Shown: piece after piece, positions 13,163 through 25,734 of the stretch | Numbering within the stretch: the stretch's first letter is position 1 | How the letters are laid out: each line of letters opens with the position of its first letter | Assembly: GCA_964016885.1 (NCBI GenBank) | Contig: OZ024741.1 | Span: forward strand, 35,960,001 to 36,024,000 | Direction of reading: 5' to 3' | DNA from: Eledone cirrhosa | Lineage: Eukaryota | DNA length: 64,000 nt | Notes under the pieces: model-generated | What the model saw: only the letters and a program-made list of their open reading frames with translations | The model's database searches: none | Told to the model about the DNA's origin: nothing | Position numbers and translations under genes: made by a program

Positions 13163-13429
13163 ATGGGTCCTATCAGAAGCAACAGTTTCCAAATGATCCA
13201 GCTGTCTCTCCAAGCAAGACTATATGAAGTTACAGACATTAGCCAACTATCTTATTCATGTTCTACTTCTGAGTCTCCAGCCAGTTGGCTTGGCCTGTAG
13301 CAGTGATTCTTATATTTCGGTATTATTTGTTTTCATGTAGAGACAACAGCCCATCCAATCGTTGCTAGCAGGGAAAATTGATGTTAAATGATGATAATGA
13401 TGATGATGATAGTCATGTATATATATATA

Positions 13430-13501
13430 CAGGGTGTCCCCAAAAAATGAATACACACAGTGTGTAATCAATGTATATTTACATTTTGGAGGGACACCCT
13501 G
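13430..13501. mobile_element. Tiny Tc1/mariner-type MITE, second copy
   Basis: TA-CAGGGTGTCCC...GGGACACCCTG. Confidence 0.75.
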
Positions 13502-13539
13502 TGTATATATACATATATATGTATATATAAATAAGAAAA

Positions 13540-13964
13540 CTTTAAGAAAACCCACTACGAATAAGAAATGTGTTATATGTAGAATGAACCCCCAGATAAA
13601 TTGTAAAACTAGAAATCTAATCAATAGCATAAGATGTACAGAGGGTACTTGCAGAAACATGACAACGACATACGTAGGTGAGACAGCTCGAAGCATAGGA
13701 GAAAGAATAGACCAACACTGGGGGGAACTAAAACGACAAAAAAATGGCTCAGTACTATATGAACATGTGAGACAAAGACATGATGGTAATATAGACAACA
13801 TAGAAACTAAAATAATATCTAAACATAGAAATGACTCAACAAGTAGTCAAATCAGAGAAGCAACTGAGATAGAACTAAGAAAACCAAAGTTAAACAGAAA
13901 GAACAAATGGAATAACAACAACAACCATACCCAAACGAACAATACTGACCTAAGGGAAATATAA
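13540..13964 (+). mobile_element. Penelope-like element fragment: Cys-rich linker plus GIY-YIG endonuclease (Naiad- or Neptune-like)
   Basis: CVIC..C...IRC...C...YVGETARSIGERIDQH...SVLYEH...H...REATEI...LNRKNKW. Confidence 0.85.
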
Positions 13965-14279
13965 ATAAATAAATAAATATATACACAAGTACAATAACAA
14001 CAAACACATATAAACACACACTAGTGAACAAAGATAAAATACAAAAACAAAAACACACACACCAAACATTAAACACACATGCAAACGCATGCGCAAACAG
14101 AGACAGAGACAATAATAGACTATATATATATATTTGTATCTGTATTTTTAATCTTTGGTCAATCAATGATAAACATTGATTGCCAAATAAATTAACTATG
14201 GAGATATAAAATATACAGAAGCAAAAGTCAACCCAAATCAAACAGTGAGTGTGTTCTGTTATTATTTCTGGCAATATTA

Positions 14280-14495
14280 GGGCGGTGGATTGGCAGTATC
14301 GGTAGAGGGTCGGACATCATACTTTGCCGCATAGAGTTACGGTCCTTTATGATCTGAGTTCAAATCCCGCCGAGGTTAACTTTGCCTTTCATCCTTACGG
14401 GGTCGATAAAATAAAATACTAGTCACGCACTGGGGTCAATTTCATTGACTTTTCCCTCCCAAAAAATTGCTGGCCTAGTGCCTATATAAGAAACC
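14280..14495 (+). mobile_element. Meta-like tRNA SINE, full length with 19-bp TSD
   Basis: TSD ATTATTTCTGGCAATATTA at 14261-14279 and 14496-14514; A and B boxes present. Confidence 0.9.
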
Positions 14496-14606
14496 ATTAT
14501 TTCTGGCAATATTATAACAATATAACCCTCCCCAAGTATAACAATATTTGTTTCAACACACGATTTCATATCAAAAACCTTGCAAAACAAATTTATATAT
14601 ATGTAT

Positions 14607-14930
14607 ATGGCTTAGTGGTTAGAGCGTTGGCCTTGCAATTGAAAGGTTGTGAGTTCAATTCTCAGACCGGGTGATGTGTTGTTTCCTTGAGCAAGGCACT
14701 TTATTTCACATTGCTCCAGTTTACTCAGCTGTAGAAATGAGATGATAGGGACTGGGATCCATATCATTCCACTGCAAAGTGGTCGTGGAGGTGCTACGGC
14801 AAAAAAGCACCCAGCACTCACTGTAAATGAGGTTGGTGTTAGGAAGGGCATCCAGCTGTAGAAATCAAGCCAGAATCAGTTCCCGTCCCACCCTTGCAAG
14901 CAGGGAAAAAGCGGACGTAAAATGAAATGA
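14607..14930 (+). mobile_element. tRNA-derived SINE (CORE/V-like middle) with RTE-derived 3' tail
   Basis: A box TGGCTTAGTGG and B box GAGTTCAATTC. The tail cccgtcccaccc...gcggacgtaaaatga is shared with the RTE at 53528-53575. Confidence 0.85.
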
Positions 14931-15299
14931 TTATATATGTATATATAGGCTTAAAAATGGAATGAGAATAAGAAGAAAGCAAGAATGGGTTGGCGGGGGG
15001 GGGGGGGGGGGGGAATTTTCCTCACTAGTTGTCTACTGGGGGTCTAACCCATGCTAGCATGGAAGATGGATGTTAAACGATGATGATGATATATATATAT
15101 GTATGTAAATATATATATATGTATGTATATATATATATATATGTAAGCATGTATATATATATGTAAGTATGTATATATATATATATGTAAGTATGTATAT
15201 ATATATATATAGCTGGTTCCTATTACCCACTCTACTACCCTAAGTATTGAGTACTTTGGTGCGTTATGGTCCACCTGGTTCCTTACCACATTTCCTTTG

Positions 15300-15336
<37 letters not shown>

Positions 15337-15457
15337 GTAATAATAAATGTGAAGACTAAAATCCAAAGAGGGCTTAAACTTCAATTTGTTCTTATAATAG
15401 AAATATATATATATATATATATATATACATGTGTGTGTGTGTATGAATGAATATATA

Positions 15458-17287
15458 TCATCATCATCATCATCATCATCAACGTTTAACGTCCGTGTTC
15501 CACACTTGCATGGGTTTGGACGGGGGTAGTCCCACTTGAGGCAAGAGTGATTGTCTTGCTCGCATAGGACTGTCTGGCAGGTTTTCTACAGTTGGATGCC
15601 CTTCCTAACACCAACCACATTTACAGTGTGGGTCTGGGAGGTTTTTACCGTGTTGCCTACACGGCCACATTACAGCGTGGACTGTGTGTTTTTTTGTCGT
15701 GACACCTACACGATCTCATTTGTTTCGGCCTGGATGGCGCGGCACCAACATAACTTTACATAGAACGGGGTGGTGTGAATGAGGTGGGGGTGGGGATGGT
15801 GGGACGGGGTGTATTTTGTTAGAGATGCCTACTGACTGGAGTAGGTTTTACTATATATTTAGGTAAGGCGGGTCTTCTCTGTTACTGAGTACCGCCAAAG
15901 GTCTCGGTCCAGTGACATTGTCTTGGAGAGGTGTAAGTGTGTGATGTCGGAATTTATCAGCTCGTCCCAGGTTTTTCTAGGTCTGCCTATTCCGTGACTA
16001 CCGTCTATCTTTATTGCCCTGCACTTTGTTATACAACTATCGACTTTCATGCGCATCACGTGTCCATACCAACGTAGCCTTCTCTCGAGTAAACAACATC
16101 TGATCCCTCTTATCTCTAATTTTTTCCTTAGTTCGTTTATGCTTTGCCGTTCACGTATGTTACTATTACACATCCAGCGGAGCATGCAAGCTTCGTTCCT
16201 CTCTAGTCTGCGTATATCCTCTGCACACAATGCCCAGGTCTCACTGCCATGCAACATTGCTGTTCGTATGCAGGCATCGTACAACCTGCCTTTCATTTTT
16301 AGGGAGAACCCTTTAGCAGCTAATAGTGGTATAAGCTCTCTGAACTTTTTCCAACCAGTTCTGACTCTAGCTACAGTACTTTCAGAGCACCCTCCCCCAC
16401 TGCTGATTTTATCGCCCAGGTAACGGAAGCTGTCCACTATTTCTATAGAACCCTCTGCGCAATTGAAAGAGCTAGTATTTTGTGGACACTTGCTGCTACT
16501 TATTGCACCAGAACACCGGCCACATGTAAAATCTATGTTCTTAGTTAGCTTACCTGTGATCCCACTACATCTTTTATGCACCCATACTTTGCATTTAGGA
16601 CATAAAATGGAGTTTCTACCTACGCCTTTCCTACACACCGAGCACGACCATTTCCCAGAAGGGACTGCCGCCTTGTTTTCTTTCCTACAAACTAGAACTT
16701 TGGTCTTAGCCAGGTTAATTTTAAGTCCTTTTGACTCTAGGCCGTGCTTCCATGTTTGGAATTTCTTCTCTAGCTCGGCCATTGATTCCGCTATGAGTGT
16801 CAGGTCGTCTGCGTATAGGAGTTCCCATGGGCAGCCTGTCTTGAACTCCTCTATTATAGCCTGAAGGGCAATAATAAATAGTAGGGGGCTGAGAACAGAG
16901 CCCTGATGGACGCCAACTTTTACGCTAAACTCTTCACTATATTCGTTGTTAATTCTAACCTTGCTGACTGTTTCTTTATACTTGGCTTGTATAGCCCTCA
17001 CAAGCCATTCGTCAACGCCTAGTTTTCTAAGAGCCCACCAGATAATGGAGCGGGGGACTCTGTCGAAGGCTTTCTCCATGTCGACAAAAGCTAAGTAGAG
17101 GGGTTTACCTTTAGCTAGGTACTTCTCCTGTAGTTGTCGTACTATGAAAAGAGCGTCTGTGGTACTTTTGCCTGACACAAACCCGAACTGCATTTCATCT
17201 AGGTCAATTCTCTCTCTGATTAGTTGCGCTATTACTTTTTCCGTGACCTTCATGACCTGATCGATTAATTTAATGCCTCTATAGTTA
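15458..17287 (-). mobile_element. 5'-truncated RTE LINE (RT with PHD, long 3'UTR, (GAT)n tail)
   Basis: ORF 15859..17439 gives NYRGIKL, AFVDMEKAFDRVP, GVHQGSVLSPLLF, LLYADDL, a C4HC3 finger and GRPRKTW. Confidence 0.95.
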
Positions 17288-17354
17288 ATGTATGTATATA
17301 TATATATGTATATATATATAGAGAGATATATAGATATATATGTATATATATATA

Positions 17355-18553
17355 TTTCTGTGCCACACAAAAGGCTTATGGCAAAACTCTCTGCAATGGG
17401 TGTGAAGGATGATCTTTTTAACTGGTTGAAGTCCTTCATTCTCAGTCAAAGAGAGGTAGTCACGGTTCTGGGACAGCATTTCTCACCATATGAGATGTCA
17501 TCTGGTGTACTACAGGGATCTGTTCTTGGTCCCCTTTTGTTTGTGGCATATATTAATGACATAGATGCCAACTTAAAGAATGCCACAGTACTAAAGTACG
17601 CAGATGACATCAAGCTGTACCTTGAGATAAAAAGGACAGATCTTGAACACTATAGATCTTGCTTGCAGTCTGACCTGGACACAATGCAACAATGGATTTC
17701 AGACTGGCAACTCAAGCTAGCTGTGGACAAGTGCACCACCATGCATTTTGGGAGTAAAAATCCAGCGTCCACATACTCCCTCCACAGCACTAATATCAAG
17801 AAGTCTTCTTGTGAACGTGACCCGGACATTACGGTCAGCAGCGATTTGCATTGGACGAAGCGCGTCTCTAAAATTGTCAAGAGGGCTGAGGTTGTCTTAG
17901 CATCACTGAGCAAGACCTTTGTCAGCTGCTCTCCAACTATCTATTTAAGGTTGTACCTGGCTATGGTGCGGCCACACTTAGAATTTGCATCACCAGTCTG
18001 GAACCCCAATCTTGTTCAGAACATTGACCGCCTGGAAACTGTTCAGAGACGTGCAACCAAGCGAATACCCTCCATCAGGCATCTACCATACTCTGAGCGC
18101 CTTGCTTCCCTGGGCATGGATACATTGAAGCTCCAACACCGGGCAACTGACTTGGTAAACACCCACAAAATTGTTAACCATCTCGCCAACAACAACCCTG
18201 AGCACCTTTTTGATTTTCATGTGTCTAACACACGTGGGCATGCCCACAAAGTCAGAAAACAGCACAGTTCCCATGACTTTCGGAAACATTTTTTCACGTT
18301 CAGAGTTGCTGAAGCATGGAACAAACTACCTGCATCAGTTGTTAGCTGTCGAGACACTGCATCCTTTAAAACCTCCATGCTTCCCAAGATTCACCAACAC
18401 TACACCTAATGTTCCCCCTCCATACACATACACACATGTATATCATGACTCATACACTATTCACTGACATTTGTATATTATTCTATGTACTATCATGCAC
18501 CTTTGATGAGTTGTAGTGCACCTGAGCACTTTACACAATAATTTCATAATTAT
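17355..18553 (+). mobile_element. 5'-truncated CR1-type LINE
   Basis: ORF 17288..18409 gives SVPHKRL, QGSVLGPLLF, KYADDIKL, VRPHLEFASPVWNP and RGH..K...FFTFRVAEAWNKLP. Confidence 0.95.
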
Positions 18554-18564
18554 TATATATATAT

Positions 18565-18910
18565 CATCATCATCATCATCATTTCATTTTACGTCCGCTT
18601 TTTCCTTGCTTGCAAGGGTGGGACGGGAACTGATTCTGGCTTGATTTCTACAGCTGGATGCCCTTCCTAACACCAACCTCATTTACAGTGAGTGCTGGGT
18701 GCTTTTTTGCCGTGGCACCTGCACGACCACTTTGCAGTGGAATGATATGGACCCCAGTCCCTATCATCTCATTTCTACAGCTGAGTAAACTGGAGCAATG
18801 TGAAGTAAAGTGTCTTGCTCAAGGAAACAACACATCACCTGGTCTGAGAATTGAACTCACAACCTTTCGATTGCAAGGCCAATGCTCTAACCACTAAGCC
18901 ATGTGCCTCT
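18565..18910 (-). mobile_element. tRNA SINE with RTE tail (same family as 14607)
   Basis: Near-identical reverse complement of 14607-14930. Confidence 0.9.
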
Positions 18911-18918
18911 ATTATATA

Positions 18919-18963
<45 letters not shown>

Positions 18964-18999
18964 ATGTATATATATATATATATGTATGTGTATATATAT

Positions 19000-19052
<53 letters not shown>

Positions 19053-19170
19053 ATTTTCTATGTAAGCGTATTTATGTTTTCTTTCTGATTAGCTATTGTT
19101 TTGCATTGTTTGTACTGAATAAGTTGGTTGATGGTAGTGTAGGGAAGTCTTCAGTTGGTCATTAAAGAAG

Positions 19171-19420
19171 CTACCACCCTCATTGTCATCATCACCACCA
19201 CCACCACCACCACCACCAGCACCACTATCATCATAATCATCAGCATCATTGTCATCATCATCATCATCACTACTACCACCATCATCATCATCACCACCAC
19301 AACCACAACCGTCATCACCATCATCATCATCATCACCACCACCACCATCATCATCATCATCTTTGTTGTCATTGTTGGTGTCTTTGTCATTGTTTTCATT
19401 GTTGTCGACATCATTGGTGT
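19171..19420. repeat. CAT/CAC trinucleotide low-complexity tract
   Basis: Read directly from sequence. Confidence 0.9.
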
Positions 19421-20141
19421 TATGATCTCTGGTGGTTGTAGAAAAGGTCATTATTTGCGAACGTTTCAGTTGGGAGGAAACTATACCAATTATTTTATGA
19501 AATGATTTATAGCCAAGGAAAAAATGTTATGCAGCTGATCCAAAGATAACGAGTAATAAGTTTTGAGATGTGATTGGATGAAGGAAGGAAGAGGGGGTGA
19601 GATAGGGGAAATTGGTGAAAATTAAGAAATATTTCCAGATATTCATAGAAAAGAATATAATCATGATAATGATAATAATAATGTTTATACTTTTGTTATT
19701 GAATAGAATTTGAACAATATGTGATTAAATGTCAAAGATAGTCTTGAAACTGAAATCAGACTTTATTGAAAAATATTTGAAAATTTTATAGTTTGTTTTT
19801 ATACAAGATTGGTAGATGTTTGTTTTATTTGTGTGATAAATGTTTTATTTGTGTGATAAACACACTAAGTATGTACTGAATAAAGGGCCCATTGAGTTAA
19901 TAAAATATATAAATCAAATATCAAAGTAACAAGACCAGAACATTTTACTCTGAGAGTTCCCCACACTCTGAAGAAGGGATTTTTAAAGCACGAAATATTA
20001 GGATGAGAAAAAATATAATAATAATATTAAATACCAGGTAGCACAAACTTTTTCATTGTCTTCATTTAAACTAAGTTTTACAGTCCATACAGCCTTCTTA
20101 AAATATGTCATTTTCTACATTATACACTATGTATATATATA

Positions 20142-20570
20142 TAATAATAATAATAATGAAAATTATTGTGTTGTGCTCAGGTGCACTACAACTCATCAAA
20201 GGTGCATGTATAGTACATAGAATAATGTACAAATATCAGGAAAGTGAACAGTGTATGAGTGATGATATACACACATACATGTATAGAGGGGGAATATCAG
20301 GTGTATTATTGGCGAATTTTAGGAAGCATGGAAGTTTTGAAGGATACAGTGTCCAAACAGCTAATAACTGATGCAGGTAGTTTGCTCCATGCTTCAGCAA
20401 CTCTGAGCATGAAAAAATGTTTCCAAAAGTCATGGGAGCTGTAGTGTTTTCTGATTTTGTAAGCATGTCCAAGGGTGTTAAAGATATGGAATTCAAAAAG
20501 GTGCTCAAGGTTGTTTTAGGAAAGATGGCTAATAATTTGTGGGTGTCTATCAAGTCAGTTGCCAGACATT
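20142..20570 (-). mobile_element. CR1-type LINE 3' fragment
   Basis: Reverse complement of the 18140-18550 region. Confidence 0.9.
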
Positions 20571-20782
20571 GGTGCTTTAATATATCGATCTCCAGTTTGT
20601 TTTAATCTGTTTTGATAAGGCAATAATGTGAGCAAAACTTTGAAGTAAACAATCACCATTAATACCAAATATTACAAAAATTATATAAATTTTAAAGTAA
20701 AATGGTAGCATTTTCATGTCTGGTAGTTCTTAGATTGTCTGAAATGTTATAGTTCATTATTTTTATACAAAATACTGTGTAT

Positions 20783-21100
20783 GTGAAGGTGCATGGCTTA
20801 GTGGTTAGAGCATTAGGCTAGCAATTGGAAGGTTGTGAGTTCGATTCTTGGACCAGGTGATGTGTTGTGTCCTTGAGTTAGACACTTTATTTCACATTGC
20901 TCCAGTTTACTCGGCAGTAGAAATGAGTTGCGACATCACTGGTACTAAGCTGTATCGATCATTGCCTTTCCCTTGGACATCATTGGTGGCGTGTAGAGGG
21001 GAGACTGGTATACATGCACAACTGCTGGTCTTCCACAAACAACCTTGCCCGGACTTGTGCCTCGAAGGGAAAACTTTCTAGATGCAAAATCCCATGGTCG
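20783..21100 (+). mobile_element. tRNA SINE, same head as 14607 but a different 3' half
   Basis: TGGCTTAGTGGTTAG...GAGTTCGATTC...cactttatttcacattgctccag; it diverges from the 14607 family after gtagaaatgag. Confidence 0.75.
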
Positions 21101-21227
21101 TTCTTTATTTTTTACTGTGTGTATCCAGCTTAGAATAGGTACACTGTATCACTGCAAGTTGTAAGAGGCAAATAAAAGATTTGGTGCCAGGACGGGCATT
21201 AGGCTATAAAACATTGCCTTATAAATA

Positions 21228-21413
21228 ATTGTTTCTACTTTTGGCACAAGGCCAGCAATTATCCCAGTGCATTACTGGTACTTTATTTTATCGACCCCAT
21301 AAGGATGAAAGGCAAAGTTAACCTCGCTGGGATTTGAACTCAGACCATAAAGGGCTGTAACTCTTTGCTTCAAAGCATGGTGTCCGACCCTCTACCGATA
21401 CTGCCAATCCACC
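21228..21413 (-). mobile_element. Meta-like tRNA SINE
   Basis: Reverse complement of 12754-12940. Confidence 0.85.
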
Positions 21414-22218
21414 AATGCCTGGATGTGCCTAGTTAGAAGATGCAGAACAGAGTCATGGTAAAAATGTCATAATTCATTTCTCTTTGCTTTCAGTGTCTTT
21501 ATGTCTTATGAAGGAATTCTTCTTTGGTTTTGTAGAAGTTGTAGTTGTTATTTTTATCTTTATTATTTAGACTTATCATGAGCAGTGGATTGGCAGAATC
21601 ATTAACATGTCAGATAAAATGCATGTGGTATTTATTCTGATTTTTTTACATTCTGATCTCAAATCCAACCACGGTCAAATTTGTTGATAAAATAAAGTAC
21701 CAGTCAAATACTGGGGTTCATTTACTTGATTTTATGATAAGCATTTAATTTACTGTACCATCTCTGTGTGTGCCATGTTGTTTGTATTTTTTGTTAATGT
21801 CCTCCATGTTGACTTCATTTTTATGTATGTTATTTCATCAAAGTATAACTTATCTCTTTCACAACAAATCATCATCGAAAAGTGGACATTAAAATGATGA
21901 TGATGATAATTATTTGGTGTGAAAGATATAAGCTGTACATAAAATAAACTTCATTTCAGAGATGCAAATGGATATAATTCAAACATTACAAAGACCTACC
22001 TTTACAAATATTCATGTTGTTTCTCCTTATTAAACTTTGCTTTTCATCCATTTGAAGGCAATGCAATAAAGTAGCAGTCAAGTAAAGGATCAATAACTTT
22101 CCCTTTCTCACAAATTGCTGGCCTTGTTCCAAAATTAGAAACCCTTATTGATGGTTTGCATAGTTCATATATGAGCATTACAGGGTTTTCTACTGTTGAA
22201 TCTCATTAAGGAACTTAA

Positions 22219-22409
22219 CCCTTTACCATATACATTACTCTATATATACTATTGTATTTTCACATAATTATCTCACATAATATCGAATCTATGAAACTTT
22301 GATATTATTTATTTTGAGAACAATACCTTAACATAAGTATGAGCATCTAGTTATGGCTGGTTTGAACAAAAATAGGGAAAAGAATACGACTGGTTTAAAT
22401 GCTAAAGGG
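22219..22409. mobile_element. piggyBac-type MITE
   Basis: TTAA-CCCTTTACCAT...ATGCTAAAGGG-TTAA. Family copies at 9224, 47309 and 48443. Confidence 0.85.
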
Positions 22410-23701
22410 TTAAACAGACAGTACTTTCCTGGATGTATATGAGCTATCTAAACAAAGATAGTCTGTGTTATATACCCCCTCCCAATAATAACAACAATTA
22501 CTACAATGAAAATATGGATTTGTTTGATTAGATATAAGTAATTGCAATAAAATAGCTATTAAAAGCATAGAAAATGAATACAAACTTGATTAAATAATTA
22601 ATTTATGGCTTCACTTATCTTAGTCAAATATCTTGAATATTGTAATGTCTCTTTTAATGTAAATTGATGGAATTGATACCCATGCTAGCGTGGAAGATGG
22701 ACGTTAAACGATGATGATGATGATGATGATAATGATGATATGTGAACTGATAGAACAAGGTTTTCTTGTTACTGTTATTGTTGTTGTTGATGATGTTAAT
22801 GTTGTTGTTGTTTAGCTTCAGGTCAGCTTTGATTAAGCAGACTTATAATCAAAAGCATTTCATCTATAACCATGCCATCATTTCAGATATAGTGTATCTA
22901 AAAATTACATTATACAATATTTCCTTATCTTCTTTAAGACAGTAGAGTGTGATTTTTAGAGAGATTCAGCTGCTATTTCTAGCATGACAAGTGAGCAACC
23001 GTATAGAAACTCCCCTCACAATGAATAAATCTTTCTCCTTCTTCAATATGTGTTTGGAGTAATGTATGCTGCTGCTGTTATTGGTGGTGTTTAGCTCTAA
23101 GTATGTCCTGATTAAGGAGACCTATCATCATAGGCATATCTACCCTGACCACCTCAATAATTTTTTATGGAATTATGTACCCCAGACTACATTATCCAAT
23201 TTTTTCTTGGCTATGATGATGATGATTAAGACAGCAATGTGTGGTTTAAAGAGATCTGGTTTTTACTCCTTACAGCTTGAGTAACACCAAAGATAGACAT
23301 GGTACATACAGAAAAATGAGAGAATAAAATACGTAAGTACCAAAACACTACAAAAATGAAATACTAAACCAGAGCAATCATCATCATTATCATCATCACA
23401 TTTTAATGTCTATTTTTATGCTAGCATTAGTTAGATGTTGTGAGGCTAGACAGGTCAGGTGACCATATGATCACGCATTTGTTCCATTTTTTATTTGGTT
23501 TTCTATGGCTGGATGACTTTCCTAATACCAACTACTTTACAGCATGTACTGGGAGTTTTTCTTATGGTACCAACACTAGCTGCCATCTTGTTCTCTTCTT
23601 AAGTCATCCCTCTTTCAAAGATGAAGCATTCATTTTGCTTTTTCTAATGGCTGGAATATATGCTGCTCACCACACAACAGCAGCAAGAACAACCTTATTA
23701 T

Positions 23702-23878
23702 TGTGGATTGGCAGTATCGGTAAAGGCCATGCTTTACAGCAAAGAGTTACGGCCCTTTATGGTCTGAGTTCAAATCTTGCCGCGGTTAACTTTGCCTTTC
23801 ATCCTTACGGGGCCATAATAAAGCACCAGTAATGTACTGGGGTAATTGATGGCCTTGTGCCAAATATAGAAACAATTA
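23702..23878 (+). mobile_element. Meta-like tRNA SINE
   Basis: Homologous to 12754-12940. Confidence 0.8.
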
Positions 23879-24086
23879 TTAGATCAATATTTGTAGAGAC
23901 AGGATAGCTTAGTGGATAATGTATAAGATGAACAGTTCAAATCCACTGTAAGTGTTTCAGTGTGTTTCATCAAAGCCAAACCACAATTTATTTGGAGAAG
24001 AAATAGAATATGTAACAAAACCACCGAGAAATGTAACCAGATTAATGTGTCTTTCGCTTTGGTTTTTAGCTCTCTCTTATATTTAC

Positions 24087-24120
24087 CTGAACATTCAATT
24101 CCACTTTACAATGAAGGCAC
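24087..24120 (-). other. Candidate 34-nt host-gene exon (CLHCKVELNVQ)
   Basis: Minus strand: ACTAAC branch point, ttttcatttgtAG acceptor, exon, CAG|GTAAAT donor. There is no homology support. Confidence 0.25.
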
Positions 24121-24170
24121 CTACAAATGAAAATATGAATATAAGTTAGTATTCTATTATTATTTTACTG

Positions 24171-24353
24171 GTGGGTTGGCAGTATCCGTAGAGCGTCAGA
24201 CAACATGCTTTACAGCTTAGAGTTATGGCTCTTTTCGTTCTGAGTTGAAATCCCACCAAGGTTAATTTTGCCTTTCATCGTTACGGGGTCTATAAAATAA
24301 AGCACTAGTAATGTACTGAGGTAATTGCTGGCCTTGTGCCAAAAGAGGAAACA
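24171..24353 (+). mobile_element. Meta-like tRNA SINE with ATTATTTT(T)ACTGGT-like TSD
   Basis: Homologous to 12754-12940, with a flanking direct repeat. Confidence 0.8.
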
Positions 24354-24609
24354 ATTATTTTACTGGTTTCAGTCATTATACTGTAGCCATTCTGGAGCAG
24401 TGCCTTGAAAGGATCTATCTAGTCAATCACATCGATCCGAGAACTTATTTTTTATCAAGTCTGGTATCTATTTTTGTCAAATAGTCAAGTAGTGGTACAT
24501 AAACAAACAGCAAACATAAAAACAGACACACACACATACATACACACATACACACACACACAGACACATACATACAGGCCCACATACACACACAAATATA
24601 CAGATACAG

Positions 24610-25706
24610 ATCAACTTATCGAGTTTCTTGAAGACATCACCCGGATCACTGATGGCGGCTCATGGGTGGATGTTATTTACTTTGACTTTGCGAAAGCTTT
24701 CAATTCTGTGCCACACAAAAGACTTATAGCAAAACTCTCTGCAATGGGTGTGAAGGATGATCTTTTGAACTGGTTGATGTCCTTCATTCTCAGTCGAAGA
24801 GAGGTAGTCACAGTTCTAGGACAGCATCCTTCACCCTATGAGATGTCATCTGGTGTTCGACAGGGATCAGTTCTTGGTCCCCTTTTGCTTGTTGCATATA
24901 TTAATGACATAGATGCCAACTTAAAGAATGCCACAGTGCTGAAATATGCAGATGGCATCAAGCTATACCTTGAGATAAAAAGGACAGATCCTGAACACTA
25001 TAGATCTTTCCTGCAGTCAAACCTAGACACAAAGCAGCAATGGATCATAGACTGGCAACTCAAGCTGGCTGTGGACAAGTGTACCACCATACATTTTGGG
25101 AGTAAAAACCCAGCACCCACATACTCCCTCCAGAACACCCTATCTTGCTCAGAACATTGACCTCCTGGAAACTGTTCAGAGACGTGCAACCAAGTGAATA
25201 TCCTCCATCAGGCATCTACGATACTCTGAATGCCTTGCTTTCCCTGGGCATGGATACATTGAAACTCCGATGTCTAGCAAGTGACTTGGTAGACGCCCAC
25301 AAAATTATTGACCATCTTGTCAACAACAACCTTGAGCACCTTTTTGAATTCCATGTGTCTAACACATATGGAGATGCCTACAAAGTCAGAAAACAGCACA
25401 GCTCTCATGACTTTCAGAAACATTTTTTCATGCTCAGAGTTGCTGAAGCATGGAACAAAATACCTGCATCAGTTGTTAGCTACTGAGATACTGCATCCTT
25501 TAAAACCTCCATGCTCCCTGAAACTCGCCAACACTACACCTGATATCCCCCCCTCCCCTCCATAAATATGCGCAGATGTATATTAATGACTCATACACTG
25601 TTCACTTTCTTGACATTTGTACATTATTTTATGAACTATACATGCACCTTTGATGAGTGCACCTGAACACTTTACACAATGATTTAATTATCATTATTAT
25701 TATTAT
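24610..25706 (+). mobile_element. CR1-type LINE, 5'-truncated with internal deletion
   Basis: VDVIYFDFAKAFNSVPHKRL, QGSVLGPLL and KYADGIKL. About 220 bp is missing at about 25135 relative to the 17.3 kb copy. Confidence 0.9.
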
Positions 25707-25734
25707 TACAGTTGCATTTATCTTGCTTTATGTT

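Noticed and set aside
14607-14680. tRNA genes at A/B-box motifs
   Set aside because: These are SINE heads: they continue into shared bodies and tails, some have TSDs, and no full cloverleaf is evident.
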